From NCBI GenBank assembly GCA_963804645.1, contig CAWDRG010000009.1, forward strand, positions 192,001-256,000: DNA of 64,000 bases. The letters are read 5' to 3'. The position numbers were made by a program, and so were the translations under genes. Positions within the stretch are counted from its first letter, which is position 1; the number at the start of each line of letters is the position of its first letter. This stretch comes from an uncultured Bacillota bacterium (GTDB lineage Bacteria; Sysuimicrobiota; Sysuimicrobiia; Sysuimicrobiales; Segetimicrobiaceae). The notes beneath the pieces are model-generated. The model was not told the origin of the DNA, did not search any database, and was given only the letters and a program-made list of their open reading frames with translations. Positions 9,984 through 20,100 of this stretch are shown in pieces.

Positions 9984-10234
9984 CACCACTCAGCCACATT
10001 TCGTAGGTCGTGCCCGCAGCACATCCGCACGGGATAGCTATCTTCCGATGCGGTCTCAAATTGGCATTGCGCCACTGAACACCCGTTCGAATGCACCCGC
10101 TCGGCTCGTATCGACCTCTCAATGCACATCCAGTACACTGAGATCGCCCGTCGCAGTCGGTTCATGAATAATCCGGGCTAAGGACATGCTGGAAGGGTAA
10201 CCTAGACCAGCGAGGACCGGTGGGAGGATACCGT

Positions 10235-11236
10235 ATGCGCGGGCGCCTTCTAGGATTGCTGGGAGCAATGTTGTTGACGATCCAGATTGGGGTACTCGGT
10301 GGATCTGCGCAGACGCCTCCCTCTCCAGGCACATCTTCTCCACCTTCTTTTCAAATCTATGCCACTGATTTCACCAACGCTCGGGTTGTTCGGATGGACG
10401 ACATGACCGGAGCGGGCTGGACCACATTGGGGACCGAGGGCAGTGGGACGAACCAGTTCCACGAACCGCGAGGGGTTTTCGTCGACGCAGCCCGACGGAT
10501 CTACGTGGCGGATAGCTGGAACGACCGGATCGTCCGGATGGACGATATGACGGGCAAAGGATGGAGGCGGATCGGCGAACACTCAAGTTACTTGTTCACA
10601 AGTCCGTTTAATGCTCCCGACGGTATCGCGGCTGACGAAGGAGGGAACGTCTATGTGGCGGATGCCGCCTGCATCACGCATGTGAACAGTAATCGGATGT
10701 CGCAGGGTGAGCTGGGCGGGCTCTCGTGCCTAAGCTTTCGGGGCGCTCTCTTCAGCGCGAGGACTCCGGCACCGGTGTCGCCTGGAGGATTAGCCCTCGA
10801 TGCAATGGGCCGAATCTACGTGACGGACGATGACAGTTTCCGCATTATTCGCATGGATGACATGAAAGCAGCCGGCTGGACACCGATGGGCGGACCGGGG
10901 AATGGTGCAGGGCAATTCCGCTATCCTCGGGGGATTGCCGTCGATTCTGGGGGCCACATCTACGTGGCTGATTCTGCAAACGACCGGATCGTACGAATCG
11001 ACGACATGACAGGTGCCGGATGGAGGTCCTTGGGGACCCACGGCAATGGCACAAATCAGTTCAGCGCGCCAATAGGGATCGCTGTAGATGAGCGCAGTCG
11101 AATCTATGTGGCCGATTCCGGTAATCACCGCATCGTGCGAATCGACGACATGACGGGGGCCGGATGGACGACCCTGGGCACTCTGGGTGACGGCACCGAT
11201 CAATTCGGCGAGCCCTTTGGGATCTACGTTCGCTGA
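10235..11236 (+). CDS. Secreted NHL-repeat beta-propeller protein
   Basis: Signal peptide; repeated QFxxPxGIAVD...IYVADSxNxRIVRxDDMTGAGW units. Confidence 0.88.
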   Translation: MRGRLLGLLGAMLLTIQIGVLGGSAQTPPSPGTSSPPSFQIYATDFTNARVVRMDDMTGAGWTTLGTEGSGTNQFHEPRGVFVDAARRIYVADSWNDRIVRMDDMTGKGWRRIGEHSSYLFTSPFNAPDGIAADEGGNVYVADAACITHVNSNRMSQGELGGLSCLSFRGALFSARTPAPVSPGGLALDAMGRIYVTDDDSFRIIRMDDMKAAGWTPMGGPGNGAGQFRYPRGIAVDSGGHIYVADSANDRIVRIDDMTGAGWRSLGTHGNGTNQFSAPIGIAVDERSRIYVADSGNHRIVRIDDMTGAGWTTLGTLGDGTDQFGEPFGIYVR

Positions 11237-11410
11237 CCGTTTGACGTCAACGAGGAAACGTGCGTGCACCGGGCAATGGTGAAGCACACGGAAGGGTGTT
11301 CCAATTGGAGGACCATTTCGCCGTCCAGTTCGCAGTGCCGCTCGTAGTGTTTGCTCTGATGGCGATCGTCGGGACTGACATTTGAAAGTAGCGAAGGGAG
11401 ATGATCGCTC

Positions 11411-12013
11411 ATGAAACTGTTGCGGAAACTCACGATTGGGGCAATGTTCCTGGCGATGGGAAGCCTGCTGGTTGCGGGGGGCATGCATGCAATTCCGGCC
11501 AACGCGGCGGCGCAGGGAAGCTACATGACACCCGTGGATCTCTTCAACACCCCGACCCCGGCCATGGACAACCCGAAGGAGGCCTTTACTACGCTCAAGA
11601 AGGCGATCGACTACGCCGGCCTGACGGGCACACTGCAGAACGCAGGCCCGCTGACCATGTTCGCGCCCGATGACCGCGCGTTTGCGGCGCTGCCGACCGG
11701 CACGCTCGACGCGCTGATCAAGAACAAGGCCGAGCTGGCGACGGTGCTCAAGTACCACGTGATCGTCGGGCAGGCCATCTTGGCGTCGGACCTCCCGAAG
11801 ATGAAGACCGCCAAGACGCTCGAGGGAGGCATACTCACGTTCGCGACGTCCAACGCGGCCATGGGCCAGACAATGCTGTCCGGCAACCGGGGCAACACCG
11901 CGCCCGGCGGACAGGTGATCACGGTCAACGGCGCGACGATCATCTGGGCCGACATCAAGGTCTCGAATGGGATCGTCCACGCGATCGACAAGGTGCTCAT
12001 GCCCAAGATGTAG
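11411..12013 (+). CDS. Secreted fasciclin (FAS1) domain protein
   Basis: TMFAPDDRAF, LKYHV, DIKVSNGIVHAIDKVLMP motifs; signal peptide. Confidence 0.92.
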   Translation: MKLLRKLTIGAMFLAMGSLLVAGGMHAIPANAAAQGSYMTPVDLFNTPTPAMDNPKEAFTTLKKAIDYAGLTGTLQNAGPLTMFAPDDRAFAALPTGTLDALIKNKAELATVLKYHVIVGQAILASDLPKMKTAKTLEGGILTFATSNAAMGQTMLSGNRGNTAPGGQVITVNGATIIWADIKVSNGIVHAIDKVLMPKM

Positions 12014-12475
12014 GCATACGCCGCGCGGGAAATGACGGGCGCAATCGTGTGTCAGTCTCGCCGTCTCATCGAAGCGCTGGAAGGATGGCCGAGCAGCGAT
12101 CGTCCCGCGCCCCCTCGCGCTGTCGCGCGGGACGAGACGACGCAATTCCGGCCCGTCGTGGCGGTTCTGCTTCCTCTGATCACCGGAATGCTGAGCGGTC
12201 CGGCCGCGGACGTGCTCAGGAATCTAGCCGGGCGATCACCGCCGTGTGACCATCCAGTTCGAAACGACACACTCCTGCTCTCGGACACCGGCGGCACACA
12301 AGAATTACCGGCTGCTGGCAGAACGTACGCACTCGTTGTGAACTGACGCAGGCACGCCGTGCCCTCGCTGTATCCGTCTCCTGACGCTGCACGCGCGTAC
12401 ATGCGCCGGCGAGCCGCACTGCTCGATTCGGAGCGCGGCTCGCCGGGTCGTCCGTATTCTAGGGCTTGTCGCGGC

Positions 12476-12937
12476 TCAACCAAGCCCCGCAAGACGCTTG
12501 CGGTACTCGTCCTGATCGATCTCTCCCCTGGCGTACCGCTCACGCAGGATCTCGGCCCCGGGATCTTGACGGCGCCCCAATCGGTCCCAGAAACCCCGCG
12601 CGGTAAGGAGCCGCCAGATCAGCACGAGCAGTCCCACGACCAGCAGCAGGTGCAGCAGGATGAACACGCCGCGGACCAACATCCCGCCGCCGAAGCGACG
12701 CGATCCAAAGCGGTGGGATCCGGAGCCACGGGGTCCATAACCCGCGCCCGGTCCGAAACCGCCCCGCCTATAGAAGAAAGGCCCCCCGCCGCCCGGAGGC
12801 GCCCCCACTCCCGGACCCGAGGGCGCTCCAATGCCAGGACCGGGAGGAGGAGTGCCCACTCCCTGGGCCAGCACGGGCATTGCGAGACCCAAGACCAGGA
12901 TACCGATCAGGCATACGGTTCGTACCTGCGTTCCCAC
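12476..12937 (-). CDS. SHOCT-domain membrane protein
   Basis: Signal peptide, Gly/Pro-rich linker, TM helix, C-terminal AEILRERYARGEIDQDEY. Confidence 0.85.
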   Translation of the reverse strand: MGTQVRTVCLIGILVLGLAMPVLAQGVGTPPPGPGIGAPSGPGVGAPPGGGGPFFYRRGGFGPGAGYGPRGSGSHRFGSRRFGGGMLVRGVFILLHLLLVVGLLVLIWRLLTARGFWDRLGRRQDPGAEILRERYARGEIDQDEYRKRLAGLG

Positions 12938-13180
12938 GAATTCACCCCCTCAGTACACTGCCGCGCATTTTGATCGACTCAAACCGATCGATCCCCCAAG
13001 TCCCGGGAACCCAACTTCAGCCTACGCGGGAGTTTCGAAGAAGTGATGAAGGTATGAATTTGCAAGAGCGGTTGAGGATCGCAGCCCGGCGGCGGTGCCG
13101 GCACCGGAGCACGGGCGGTGCTCCTTACCGGTCACAGCTCTCCTCATCGGGAACCGCCCAACACCGCTCCCGCTGGCCGA

Positions 13181-13504
13181 CTAGCGCCCGGGCCGCGGTG
13201 TCGCGCTCCGATGCGTCGATTGCTCTCGCCGTCCCTTGGGGACGTAATCGAAGAACCGCTCCGTGGTGCTCCCAGCCGTCCATTCGGCGCGGAGCCGGGT
13301 CTTTCTCACCACACGGCGACATTCGGAAAGAAGCGCCCGGTTGAGATCCCGCGCGCTCATACCGGCCATCTCGCATTCCACATGAAACCCGTCCGCTCGC
13401 CGAGCGAGATTCGCGGCTCCGACCAGCCGCACGAGAATCGGCCGCAGCGCGGCAGGGTCGTCGGTACTCACGTCAGCGACAAGTCGGAAGCGTGTGTGGG
13501 CCAA
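13181..13504 (-). CDS. Hypothetical protein
   Basis: TTG start after GAGGGG; SARDLNRALLSECRRV...RLRAEW...ERFFDYVPKG looks like a real conserved sequence. Confidence 0.55.
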   Translation of the reverse strand: MAHTRFRLVADVSTDDPAALRPILVRLVGAANLARRADGFHVECEMAGMSARDLNRALLSECRRVVRKTRLRAEWTAGSTTERFFDYVPKGRREQSTHRSATPRPGR

Positions 13505-13626
13505 CTGGCTCCCCTCCGCGCGGAGAAACGTTGCCGCCAGGTCTCGGTCGCGACACTCGACGTGCATGGCCGAGGTTGCCGGTGTCCTCGATGTCCCGCA
13601 TGCGGACGTCTTGCATCCCCGCCCCG

Positions 13627-14436
13627 TCAGTCGCGGATCGCTCTGAGGTACCGTTCCACCGACCGTTCCACCGCGCCGCGCCCGCCGGACCCAATCACGC
13701 GCCCCGCAAAGGCTCCGTAGACACGATCAAAGCGAAATCCCGCGACCGCGTTCGCGATCTGTCGGACCGCGGCGCCGTTCAGAGGAATCAAGTTGGGATA
13801 GCTGTACATGAAGCTCACGTGACGGCGATCGGGCACGACCTGCAACGTGTCGCCGGTCAGGAGCGCTCCGCGGCCGTCCGCGCCCTCCGGCCAATGCAGC
13901 ACCACGGCGCCGGTGAAATGTCCACCACACCGGACCAGCGTGACGCCACCGAGCAGCGGGCGGGTCTCCCCTTCCCAGAACACGATCGACGGGCTGGCGC
14001 GCATCACCCACGCCCTATCCGCGGCATGCACGTACACGGGAGCCCCGGCGAACACCCGGCTCCACTCGACCATCGACGAGTAATAGTGGGGGTGGGAGAT
14101 CGCGATCGCCGCGATGCCGCCGAGCGCACGCACCCCGCGCTCGGTCTCCTCGTCGATCAGGCTGACGCAGTCCCACAGCACGTTGCCGCTCGATGTCTGA
14201 ATGAGCAGGGCGCGCTGTCCGATCGCGAAGCTGGGCTCGGTCCTGATGCCGGTCAGCCGGGACTCTTCTTCGACCAACACGTTGCGCCGATCACGGCAGA
14301 GGTCGTCGATCGTCGTCCATGCCTGACCCCGCGGGTTCACGTATTGACGCGCTTCATCGCAGATGGGACACCGATCCGGCGGTCGTGCCGATTCCTCAAA
14401 CTGCGTGCCGCAGGTCACGCAAATGAACTGTGGCAT
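13627..14436 (-). CDS. MBL-fold metallo-hydrolase with N-terminal Cys motifs
   Basis: ICVTCG..CPICDEARQY, FAIGQRA, SHPHYY, GGHF, SYPNLIPL. Confidence 0.85.
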   Translation of the reverse strand: MPQFICVTCGTQFEESARPPDRCPICDEARQYVNPRGQAWTTIDDLCRDRRNVLVEEESRLTGIRTEPSFAIGQRALLIQTSSGNVLWDCVSLIDEETERGVRALGGIAAIAISHPHYYSSMVEWSRVFAGAPVYVHAADRAWVMRASPSIVFWEGETRPLLGGVTLVRCGGHFTGAVVLHWPEGADGRGALLTGDTLQVVPDRRHVSFMYSYPNLIPLNGAAVRQIANAVAGFRFDRVYGAFAGRVIGSGGRGAVERSVERYLRAIRD

Positions 14437-14889
14437 TCGAGCCTCCACGAGACGGACTCCCCGCATGCTGGTTCCGGGCGCGCGCTCCACAGCCCTGTTC
14501 GCTGCGAGCAGCGACCATGCATCGGGCGTGTGCATCCGAACACGAGTGCGCGGCGAACACCACACGCGAGATCGAGGATATTTACCGGTCTTGGTCGCTA
14601 TTCAGGTCGAATAGGGTATACGAGATGTTGGCTGTACCCTTACAGCCGCTCCCGGTGACCGGGGCGCGGGGCCGTCGCGACTCCCCCTTGCGGCGGTCCA
14701 CGCGCTCGGCGCCGGGCGCGTGCACACTATCAGCGCACAACCCCGCACCGGCCTTCCCGCAGGGTTCCGCCGCGGACGTTGATGCCTCGGTACGCGAGAG
14801 CCCGCGCGCGTGAGAGGGACCCGTCGCCGATAGCGTCGAACCCCCACACGCCGCATCGCCAATAACACGCACCCGGGAGCGCATGGAGC

Positions 14890-15888
14890 ATGAGCACGCA
14901 TCGCTTCGAGCCCGCACACTACTTCAACACCCTCGGATCGCACCCGCCGGTCCTACGAATCGACCACGGCGACACGGTCGTGACCACGACGCTCGACGCG
15001 CGCGGCCTTGACCGAAACGGCACGCCCGCGGGGCCGGCGGGCAATCCACAGACGGGCCCCTTCTATATAGAAGGCGCCGAACCAGGCGACACCTTGGAGG
15101 TGCACCTGGATCGCCTCACGCCGAACCGCCCGCTGGGATGGGCGAGCACCGTCATCGCTCCGAATGTGGTCGAGCCGGAGTTCGTGAGAGAACTGCCCGC
15201 GGCGGCGGCCACCGCGTGGCGGATCGACCTGGCGCAGCGCACCGTCACGCTGGCCGAGGCTGCGCCCCGCCACGGAGAGCCGCCCTCCCCGCTCGACGCG
15301 CTGCGTCACGACCGCCGCACGATCGGGCGCGACGACATGCCCGCCCTCGCAAGACTGTCGCTCCCGTACGCGCCGATGGTGGGCTGTTTCGGCGTCGCGC
15401 CCGCCCGCGGGCAGGCGATCTCGACCGCGACGTCCGGCAATCACGGGGGCAACATGGATTATCGTGGGTTCACCGAGGGCGCCACCGCGTTCTTCCCCGT
15501 GTTCGTCCCGGGCGCGCTGTTTCACCTCGGCGATTGTCACGCCGTGCAGGGCGACGGCGAGATCGTGGGCACCGGGGCCGAAACATCCTTCGACGTCCAG
15601 TTCACGGTGCGCGTCCACAAGGGCAAGGCCATCGCGTGGCCGCGAGGGGAGAACGGCACCTACATCTTCGCGCTCGGCAACGCGCGGCCGCTCGACGAAG
15701 CGCTGCAGCATGCGACGACCGAAATGATCAGGTGGCTCGGCACCGAGTACGGACTCGAGGCCCGGGCGGCGTGCACGCTGCTCGGGCAGTGCGTCGAATA
15801 CGAGATCGGGAACGTGTACAACCCCGCCTACACGGTCGTGTGCAAGGTCGCGAAGCGGATCCTGCGCGGCCTGCGGGACCAGGCGTGA
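14890..15888 (+). CDS. Acetamidase/formamidase family protein
   Basis: TGPFYIEGAEPGD, HGGNMD, GDCHAVQGDGE. Confidence 0.92.
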   Translation: MSTHRFEPAHYFNTLGSHPPVLRIDHGDTVVTTTLDARGLDRNGTPAGPAGNPQTGPFYIEGAEPGDTLEVHLDRLTPNRPLGWASTVIAPNVVEPEFVRELPAAAATAWRIDLAQRTVTLAEAAPRHGEPPSPLDALRHDRRTIGRDDMPALARLSLPYAPMVGCFGVAPARGQAISTATSGNHGGNMDYRGFTEGATAFFPVFVPGALFHLGDCHAVQGDGEIVGTGAETSFDVQFTVRVHKGKAIAWPRGENGTYIFALGNARPLDEALQHATTEMIRWLGTEYGLEARAACTLLGQCVEYEIGNVYNPAYTVVCKVAKRILRGLRDQA

Positions 15889-16451
15889 ACGCGCTGAAAG
15901 ACCGGATCCTGCGCGATGGGCGCAATCTCGGGAACAGCATCCTCAGCGTCGACGGCTTCATCAACCACCAGATCGACCCCGCGTTGATGGACGCGTGCGG
16001 GCGTGCGCTGGCCGCCCGGTTTGCGCCCGCGCACGCGTCCCGGGTGCTGACCGCCGAGGTCTCGGGCATCGCGCCCGCCCTTGTCACCGCGCTCCACCTC
16101 GGCGTCCCGGCGGTCTACGCACGCCGAGAGCGACCCGTCACGATGGCGGACCCGGTGGTGACGGCCGTCGCCCCGTCCCACACAAAGCACCGCGGGACGG
16201 AGCTGATCGTCGCCCCCGCGTACCTGCCGCCGGGAGCACGCGTGCTGATCATCGACGACTTCCTCGCCACGGGGCAGACGATCTTGGGCCTGGCACGCCT
16301 GGCGGCCGCCGCGGGTGCCGCGCTCGTGGGCATCGGGGTGCTGATCGAAAAATCGTTCGAAGCAGGACGCGCGGCACTTGCCGGATTGGACGTGCCGATC
16401 GAAGCGCTGGTGACAATCACCGATATGACCGGCGGCCGGATCATCATCTAA
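15885..16451 (+). CDS. xpt: Xanthine phosphoribosyltransferase
   Basis: ILSVDGFINHQIDP, TAEVSGIAP, IIDDFLATG, IEKSF; GTGA overlap with the upstream stop. Confidence 0.9.
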   Translation: MNALKDRILRDGRNLGNSILSVDGFINHQIDPALMDACGRALAARFAPAHASRVLTAEVSGIAPALVTALHLGVPAVYARRERPVTMADPVVTAVAPSHTKHRGTELIVAPAYLPPGARVLIIDDFLATGQTILGLARLAAAAGAALVGIGVLIEKSFEAGRAALAGLDVPIEALVTITDMTGGRIII

Positions 16452-16543
16452 CGCTGCCGCAAAGGAGCTTCACTCCACCTCGCCAGAAGGGCCCGCTCGC
16501 GACCGAGACGAAGGCGCCGACATCTCGTTGGGAGGTGCTGCCG

Positions 16544-16867
16544 GTGCTGTACGAACTGCGCATCTACCGCTGCATGCCTGGACGCAAAGCCGACGTCATG
16601 GCCCGATTCCGAGACCACACGATGAGGCTGTTCAAGAAGCACGGCATCGAGGTCACCGGATTCTGGGAAACCGCGGTCGGCGAGGTGGACGAGCTCGTCT
16701 ACATCTGCCGGTTCGCATCGTGGGACGCCCGGGAAGCCGCGTGGGCGGCGTTCGGCGCCGATCCCGCGTGGCAGAAGGCGCGCGAGGACTCGCACAAGAC
16801 CGGGATGATCGTGGAACACATCCGGACAGCGCTGCTCAAGGCGACCGACTTCTCGCCCGCCGTGTAG
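16544..16867 (+). CDS. NIPSNAP family protein
   Basis: LYELRIY...PG...RF...LFKKHGI...W...W.AF.ADP.W...L.ATDFSP. Confidence 0.88.
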   Translation: MLYELRIYRCMPGRKADVMARFRDHTMRLFKKHGIEVTGFWETAVGEVDELVYICRFASWDAREAAWAAFGADPAWQKAREDSHKTGMIVEHIRTALLKATDFSPAV

Positions 16868-16924
16868 GTCGACCGGCCGGTCCCGGTCGTGACTTTCGGC
16901 CGGGGATCGGCTACCCTTAAGCAC

Positions 16925-17884
16925 GTGGACCTCAGAGAGACGCTCCAAGCAGAGATCCGCGAGACGACCCGCGGCGAGCCGGTGGTGGTGGCGTTCAGCG
17001 GCGGGCTCGACAGCACGGTCACGGCCGCGCTGGCGCGGGACGCCCTCGGGCCGGAGCACGTACGGCTGGTCACCGTGAACATGGGCCAGTACGCGTACAC
17101 GCGGGGCAACGAGATCGTCCTGGAAATGGCCGAGCGGCTCGGCCTGCAGCAGCGGTGCCTGCTCGGACAGTTCAAGCAGCATCGCGTCCAGGCGGCCGGA
17201 CCCGCGTGTAACCGCTGCACTCGGGAGATCAAGCTCGGGATGGTCAAGGCCGTGTCGGGAGGGCACCTAGTCCTGACCGGCGCCAACCGCAGCGACACCT
17301 GGGGGAAGCTCGGGCTCAAGGTCTGCAACGGCTACTACGCGCCGCTGCTCGAACTCGAGAAACCGGAGATTCTCGGGCTGGCCGACGCGATGGACGTACG
17401 GCCTCCGCGGATCGGGGAAAACCCGGGCCGCGAGGGATGCAAGTTGAAGCATCTCCTCAAGCCGCTGGCCGTGCCCGATTATCACGGGCGCGCCGTGGCG
17501 CGCGCCAACGAGGTGGTCCTCAACGTGATCCGCCAGGCCGGGGTCGTACCCGAGCTCGCGAACGTCAAGATCATCGGTCCGCTGGGGCGCAACATCGGGC
17601 TGGTGAACGTCCGGCCGCGCCTGGCCGGCGAGGTGCGAGACCGGCTGCGCGACGCGCTCTTGGCGATCCCCGAGCTCGACGAGGTCCACTTCGTCGACGG
17701 ACCGCTCGTGCTCACCGCGAAAGCAAGCCCGGCGATTTTCAACGACCCGCACGCACGCTACTGGCTGGAGCACGGCCGGATGGCGCCGGATTTCGCGGCG
17801 CCGATCACGGTGGACTGGCAGCCCACCACGAACAACCGCCTCGGCACATTCCAGATCGTCGGGTTCCGCACCGCGTCCGCCTAA
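16925..17884 (+). CDS. PP-loop ATPase (ExsB/QueC/LarE-like superfamily), function unknown
   Basis: VAFSGGLDS PP-loop, CNRC, TGANRSD, GCKLKHL. Confidence 0.8.
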   Translation: MDLRETLQAEIRETTRGEPVVVAFSGGLDSTVTAALARDALGPEHVRLVTVNMGQYAYTRGNEIVLEMAERLGLQQRCLLGQFKQHRVQAAGPACNRCTREIKLGMVKAVSGGHLVLTGANRSDTWGKLGLKVCNGYYAPLLELEKPEILGLADAMDVRPPRIGENPGREGCKLKHLLKPLAVPDYHGRAVARANEVVLNVIRQAGVVPELANVKIIGPLGRNIGLVNVRPRLAGEVRDRLRDALLAIPELDEVHFVDGPLVLTAKASPAIFNDPHARYWLEHGRMAPDFAAPITVDWQPTTNNRLGTFQIVGFRTASA

Positions 17885-17964
17885 CGGCACATGACGCGCC
17901 GCACGATCCGCCGGCCCCGCATCGGCTCGCGCCGTCCCGACGGCGTCGCGGCGTGAGGACGGGA

Positions 17965-19167
17965 ATGGTCCCCGCGCTCGATGCGATCGCCGCCGGCGTC
18001 AAAACGGAGGCGCGGGACGCGGGGTTCGACCTGTGCGGTATCACCACGGCGGAACCGTTCGTGCGCGAAGGGACCGCCCTCGCGAGTTGGGTCGACGCCG
18101 GCTACCACGGCGGCATGGCGTACATGGCACGAAACGCAACGCGGTCCCCGGATCCGCGCACGGTCGAACCGGGTGCGCAGGCGCTCATCGTCGTCGGCCT
18201 GTACTACGGCGAGGCGGCGCCGCTGGGACGCCACGACCCTTCTCGGGAGACCGCGGGCGAACACGCGGAACACGACGCGGCCGACGGCCCCGACCGCGGG
18301 CCACGCGGACAGATCAGCCGGTATGCCTGGGGTGATGATTACCACGACGTGATGGCGCCGCGGCTCAAGCGCCTCGCTCGGTACCTCATCGATCACGGGG
18401 CGCAGGTCGCCCGCTACTACGTGGACACGGGTCCGACCATCGACCGCGCCGCCGCCCGACGAGCCGGGCTCGGATGGTACGGTAAGAACACGCTGATCAT
18501 TACACGCCGCGGCCACGGGTCGTGGGTGTTTCTCGGCGAGATCCTCACCGATCTCGCGCTGCCCCCCGACGCGCCGGCGGAGGGAGACTGCGGCCGGTGC
18601 CACCTGTGCCTCGATGCCTGTCCCACCGCGGCGATCGTGGCGCCGTATACGGTGGACGCCCGCCGGTGCATCTCGTACCTCACGATCGAACACCGGGGCG
18701 CGATTCCGGTGGAGATGCGTTCCCTGATCGGCGACCGCATCTTCGGATGCGATATCTGCCAGGCCGTCTGTCCGCACAACGCCAAGACCCTCGCCCGGGC
18801 CCACCCCGAGTTCGCGCCGCGGCCCGGCACCGGCGCACGCCCGGAACTGATTCCGCTACTTAACATCGGAGAGGCCGAGTTCCGACGGCGGTTCAAGGGC
18901 TCGGCAGTCACACGGACAAAGCGGCGCGGTCTCCGCCGGAACGTCGCGGTGGCCCTCGGCAATCTGCGCGACCCAGCGGCCGTGCCGGCGCTCGCCGAGG
19001 CGTTGGGAGACGAGGACGACCCGGTCGTACGGGCGCACGCCGCGTGGGCGCTCGGGCAGATCGCGGACACCCCGGCCCTCAACGCGCTCCGCGCGAGGCT
19101 CTCGCGGGAGCACGATCCGGAGGTGCGCGGCGAGATCACCGGGGCCCTCGCCGCCGCGGCTCCGTGA
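17965..19167 (+). CDS. queG: Epoxyqueuosine reductase
   Basis: ISRYAWGDDYH, AGLGWYGKN, GSWVFLGEI, CGRCHLCLDACPT, CISYLTIE, GCDICQAVCP; C-terminal HEAT repeats. Confidence 0.95.
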   Translation: MVPALDAIAAGVKTEARDAGFDLCGITTAEPFVREGTALASWVDAGYHGGMAYMARNATRSPDPRTVEPGAQALIVVGLYYGEAAPLGRHDPSRETAGEHAEHDAADGPDRGPRGQISRYAWGDDYHDVMAPRLKRLARYLIDHGAQVARYYVDTGPTIDRAAARRAGLGWYGKNTLIITRRGHGSWVFLGEILTDLALPPDAPAEGDCGRCHLCLDACPTAAIVAPYTVDARRCISYLTIEHRGAIPVEMRSLIGDRIFGCDICQAVCPHNAKTLARAHPEFAPRPGTGARPELIPLLNIGEAEFRRRFKGSAVTRTKRRGLRRNVAVALGNLRDPAAVPALAEALGDEDDPVVRAHAAWALGQIADTPALNALRARLSREHDPEVRGEITGALAAAAP

Positions 19168-19838
19168 GCCTGCGGGACCGCCAGATTCTGATCACATCGG
19201 GCCCGACGCGGGCGCCGCTCGATGCCGTCCGCTACCTGACAAACAAATCCACCGGCCGACTCGGGTCGCTGATCGCGGAGGGCGCGCTCGATGCGGGCGC
19301 CGACGTCACGTTCGTGTACGGCCGAGGCAGCGCCCTCCCGGCGGTTCGCGGAGGCGCAGCCGACCATCTCCGGCTCTTGCCGATCGATACCGTGGAGGAC
19401 CTCGTCGCGGTGTTCGATCACGAGCTCCCGCGGGGAGTGGATGCGGTCATTCACGCGATGGCAGTCCTCGACTTCGAGCCCGCGCAGGTCAGCGAGGAAA
19501 AAGTGACCAGCACGCTCCACGAGTGGGTGATCCGCCTGGTGCCGACCCCCAAGGCCGCCGCGCGCGTCCGGGACCTGGCGCCTCGGACGTTGTTCATCGG
19601 GTTCAAACTCGAGGTCGGGAAGGACAAGACGGCACTGGTAGAAATCGCGCGCGACTGGGCGCAACGCAACCGCGCCGATCTGGTGGTCGCAAACGACATG
19701 CGCGACATTGAGCGCGGCATCCATATCGGCTATCTCGTCACGCCTGAGGGCTCAATCGAGACAATGGCGGAGGGCAAAGAAGCCATCGCCCGCGCGCTGG
19801 TTGACCTGCTGAACCGGCGTCTCGGCGGCCGACCTTAG
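19164..19838 (+). CDS. coaB: Stand-alone phosphopantothenate-cysteine ligase (CoaB-type)
   Basis: LITSGPTRAPLDAVRYLTNKSTG, HAMAVLDF, GFKLE, VVAND; no CoaC domain. Confidence 0.8.
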   Translation: MSLRDRQILITSGPTRAPLDAVRYLTNKSTGRLGSLIAEGALDAGADVTFVYGRGSALPAVRGGAADHLRLLPIDTVEDLVAVFDHELPRGVDAVIHAMAVLDFEPAQVSEEKVTSTLHEWVIRLVPTPKAAARVRDLAPRTLFIGFKLEVGKDKTALVEIARDWAQRNRADLVVANDMRDIERGIHIGYLVTPEGSIETMAEGKEAIARALVDLLNRRLGGRP

Positions 19839-19907
19839 CGATGTGATCAACGGCGTTGCACGACGGTCGATAGGACGACGCGCGGGCCTCGGTCGAAGAG
19901 TTGAAGC

Positions 19908-20100
19908 GTTGACAGCAGCTGTTGATTTAGTGGACAAATGGCCCCAAACGGGTATTGAGTGTGCCATACCTTTGGCATGAAACTCACGGCTTGGCCCCGC
20001 CGCTCGCTTCGCGAGGTTGACTGCAGCTGTTGACTGAGTGGACACATGGCGTCAAACGAGTGTGCTATACCTTTGGCATGATGTTCACGGCTTGGCCCCG
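19908..20100 (+). repeat. Tandem imperfect duplication (about 90 bp x2) of an IS607 left end plus tnpA start
   Basis: GTTGAC(A/T)GCAGCTGTTGA..AGTGGACA.ATGGC..CAAACG...AGTGTGC.ATACCTTTGGCATGA...TCACGGCTTGGCCCCG at 19908-19999 and 20016-20100. Confidence 0.88.

Larger units (their letters stand above)
8133..10177 (+). mobile_element. Second IS1380-family element with an upstream accessory ORF
   Basis: Imperfect IRs GCCGAATAATTCAT (8133) and ATGAATAATCCGGG (10164-10177) enclose a small ORF and a transposase. Confidence 0.8.

Noticed and set aside
19908..20100. Repeat pair next to a TnpB gene considered as a mini CRISPR array
   Set aside because: Only two long units, each containing a tnpA start; no repeat-spacer periodicity and no cas genes
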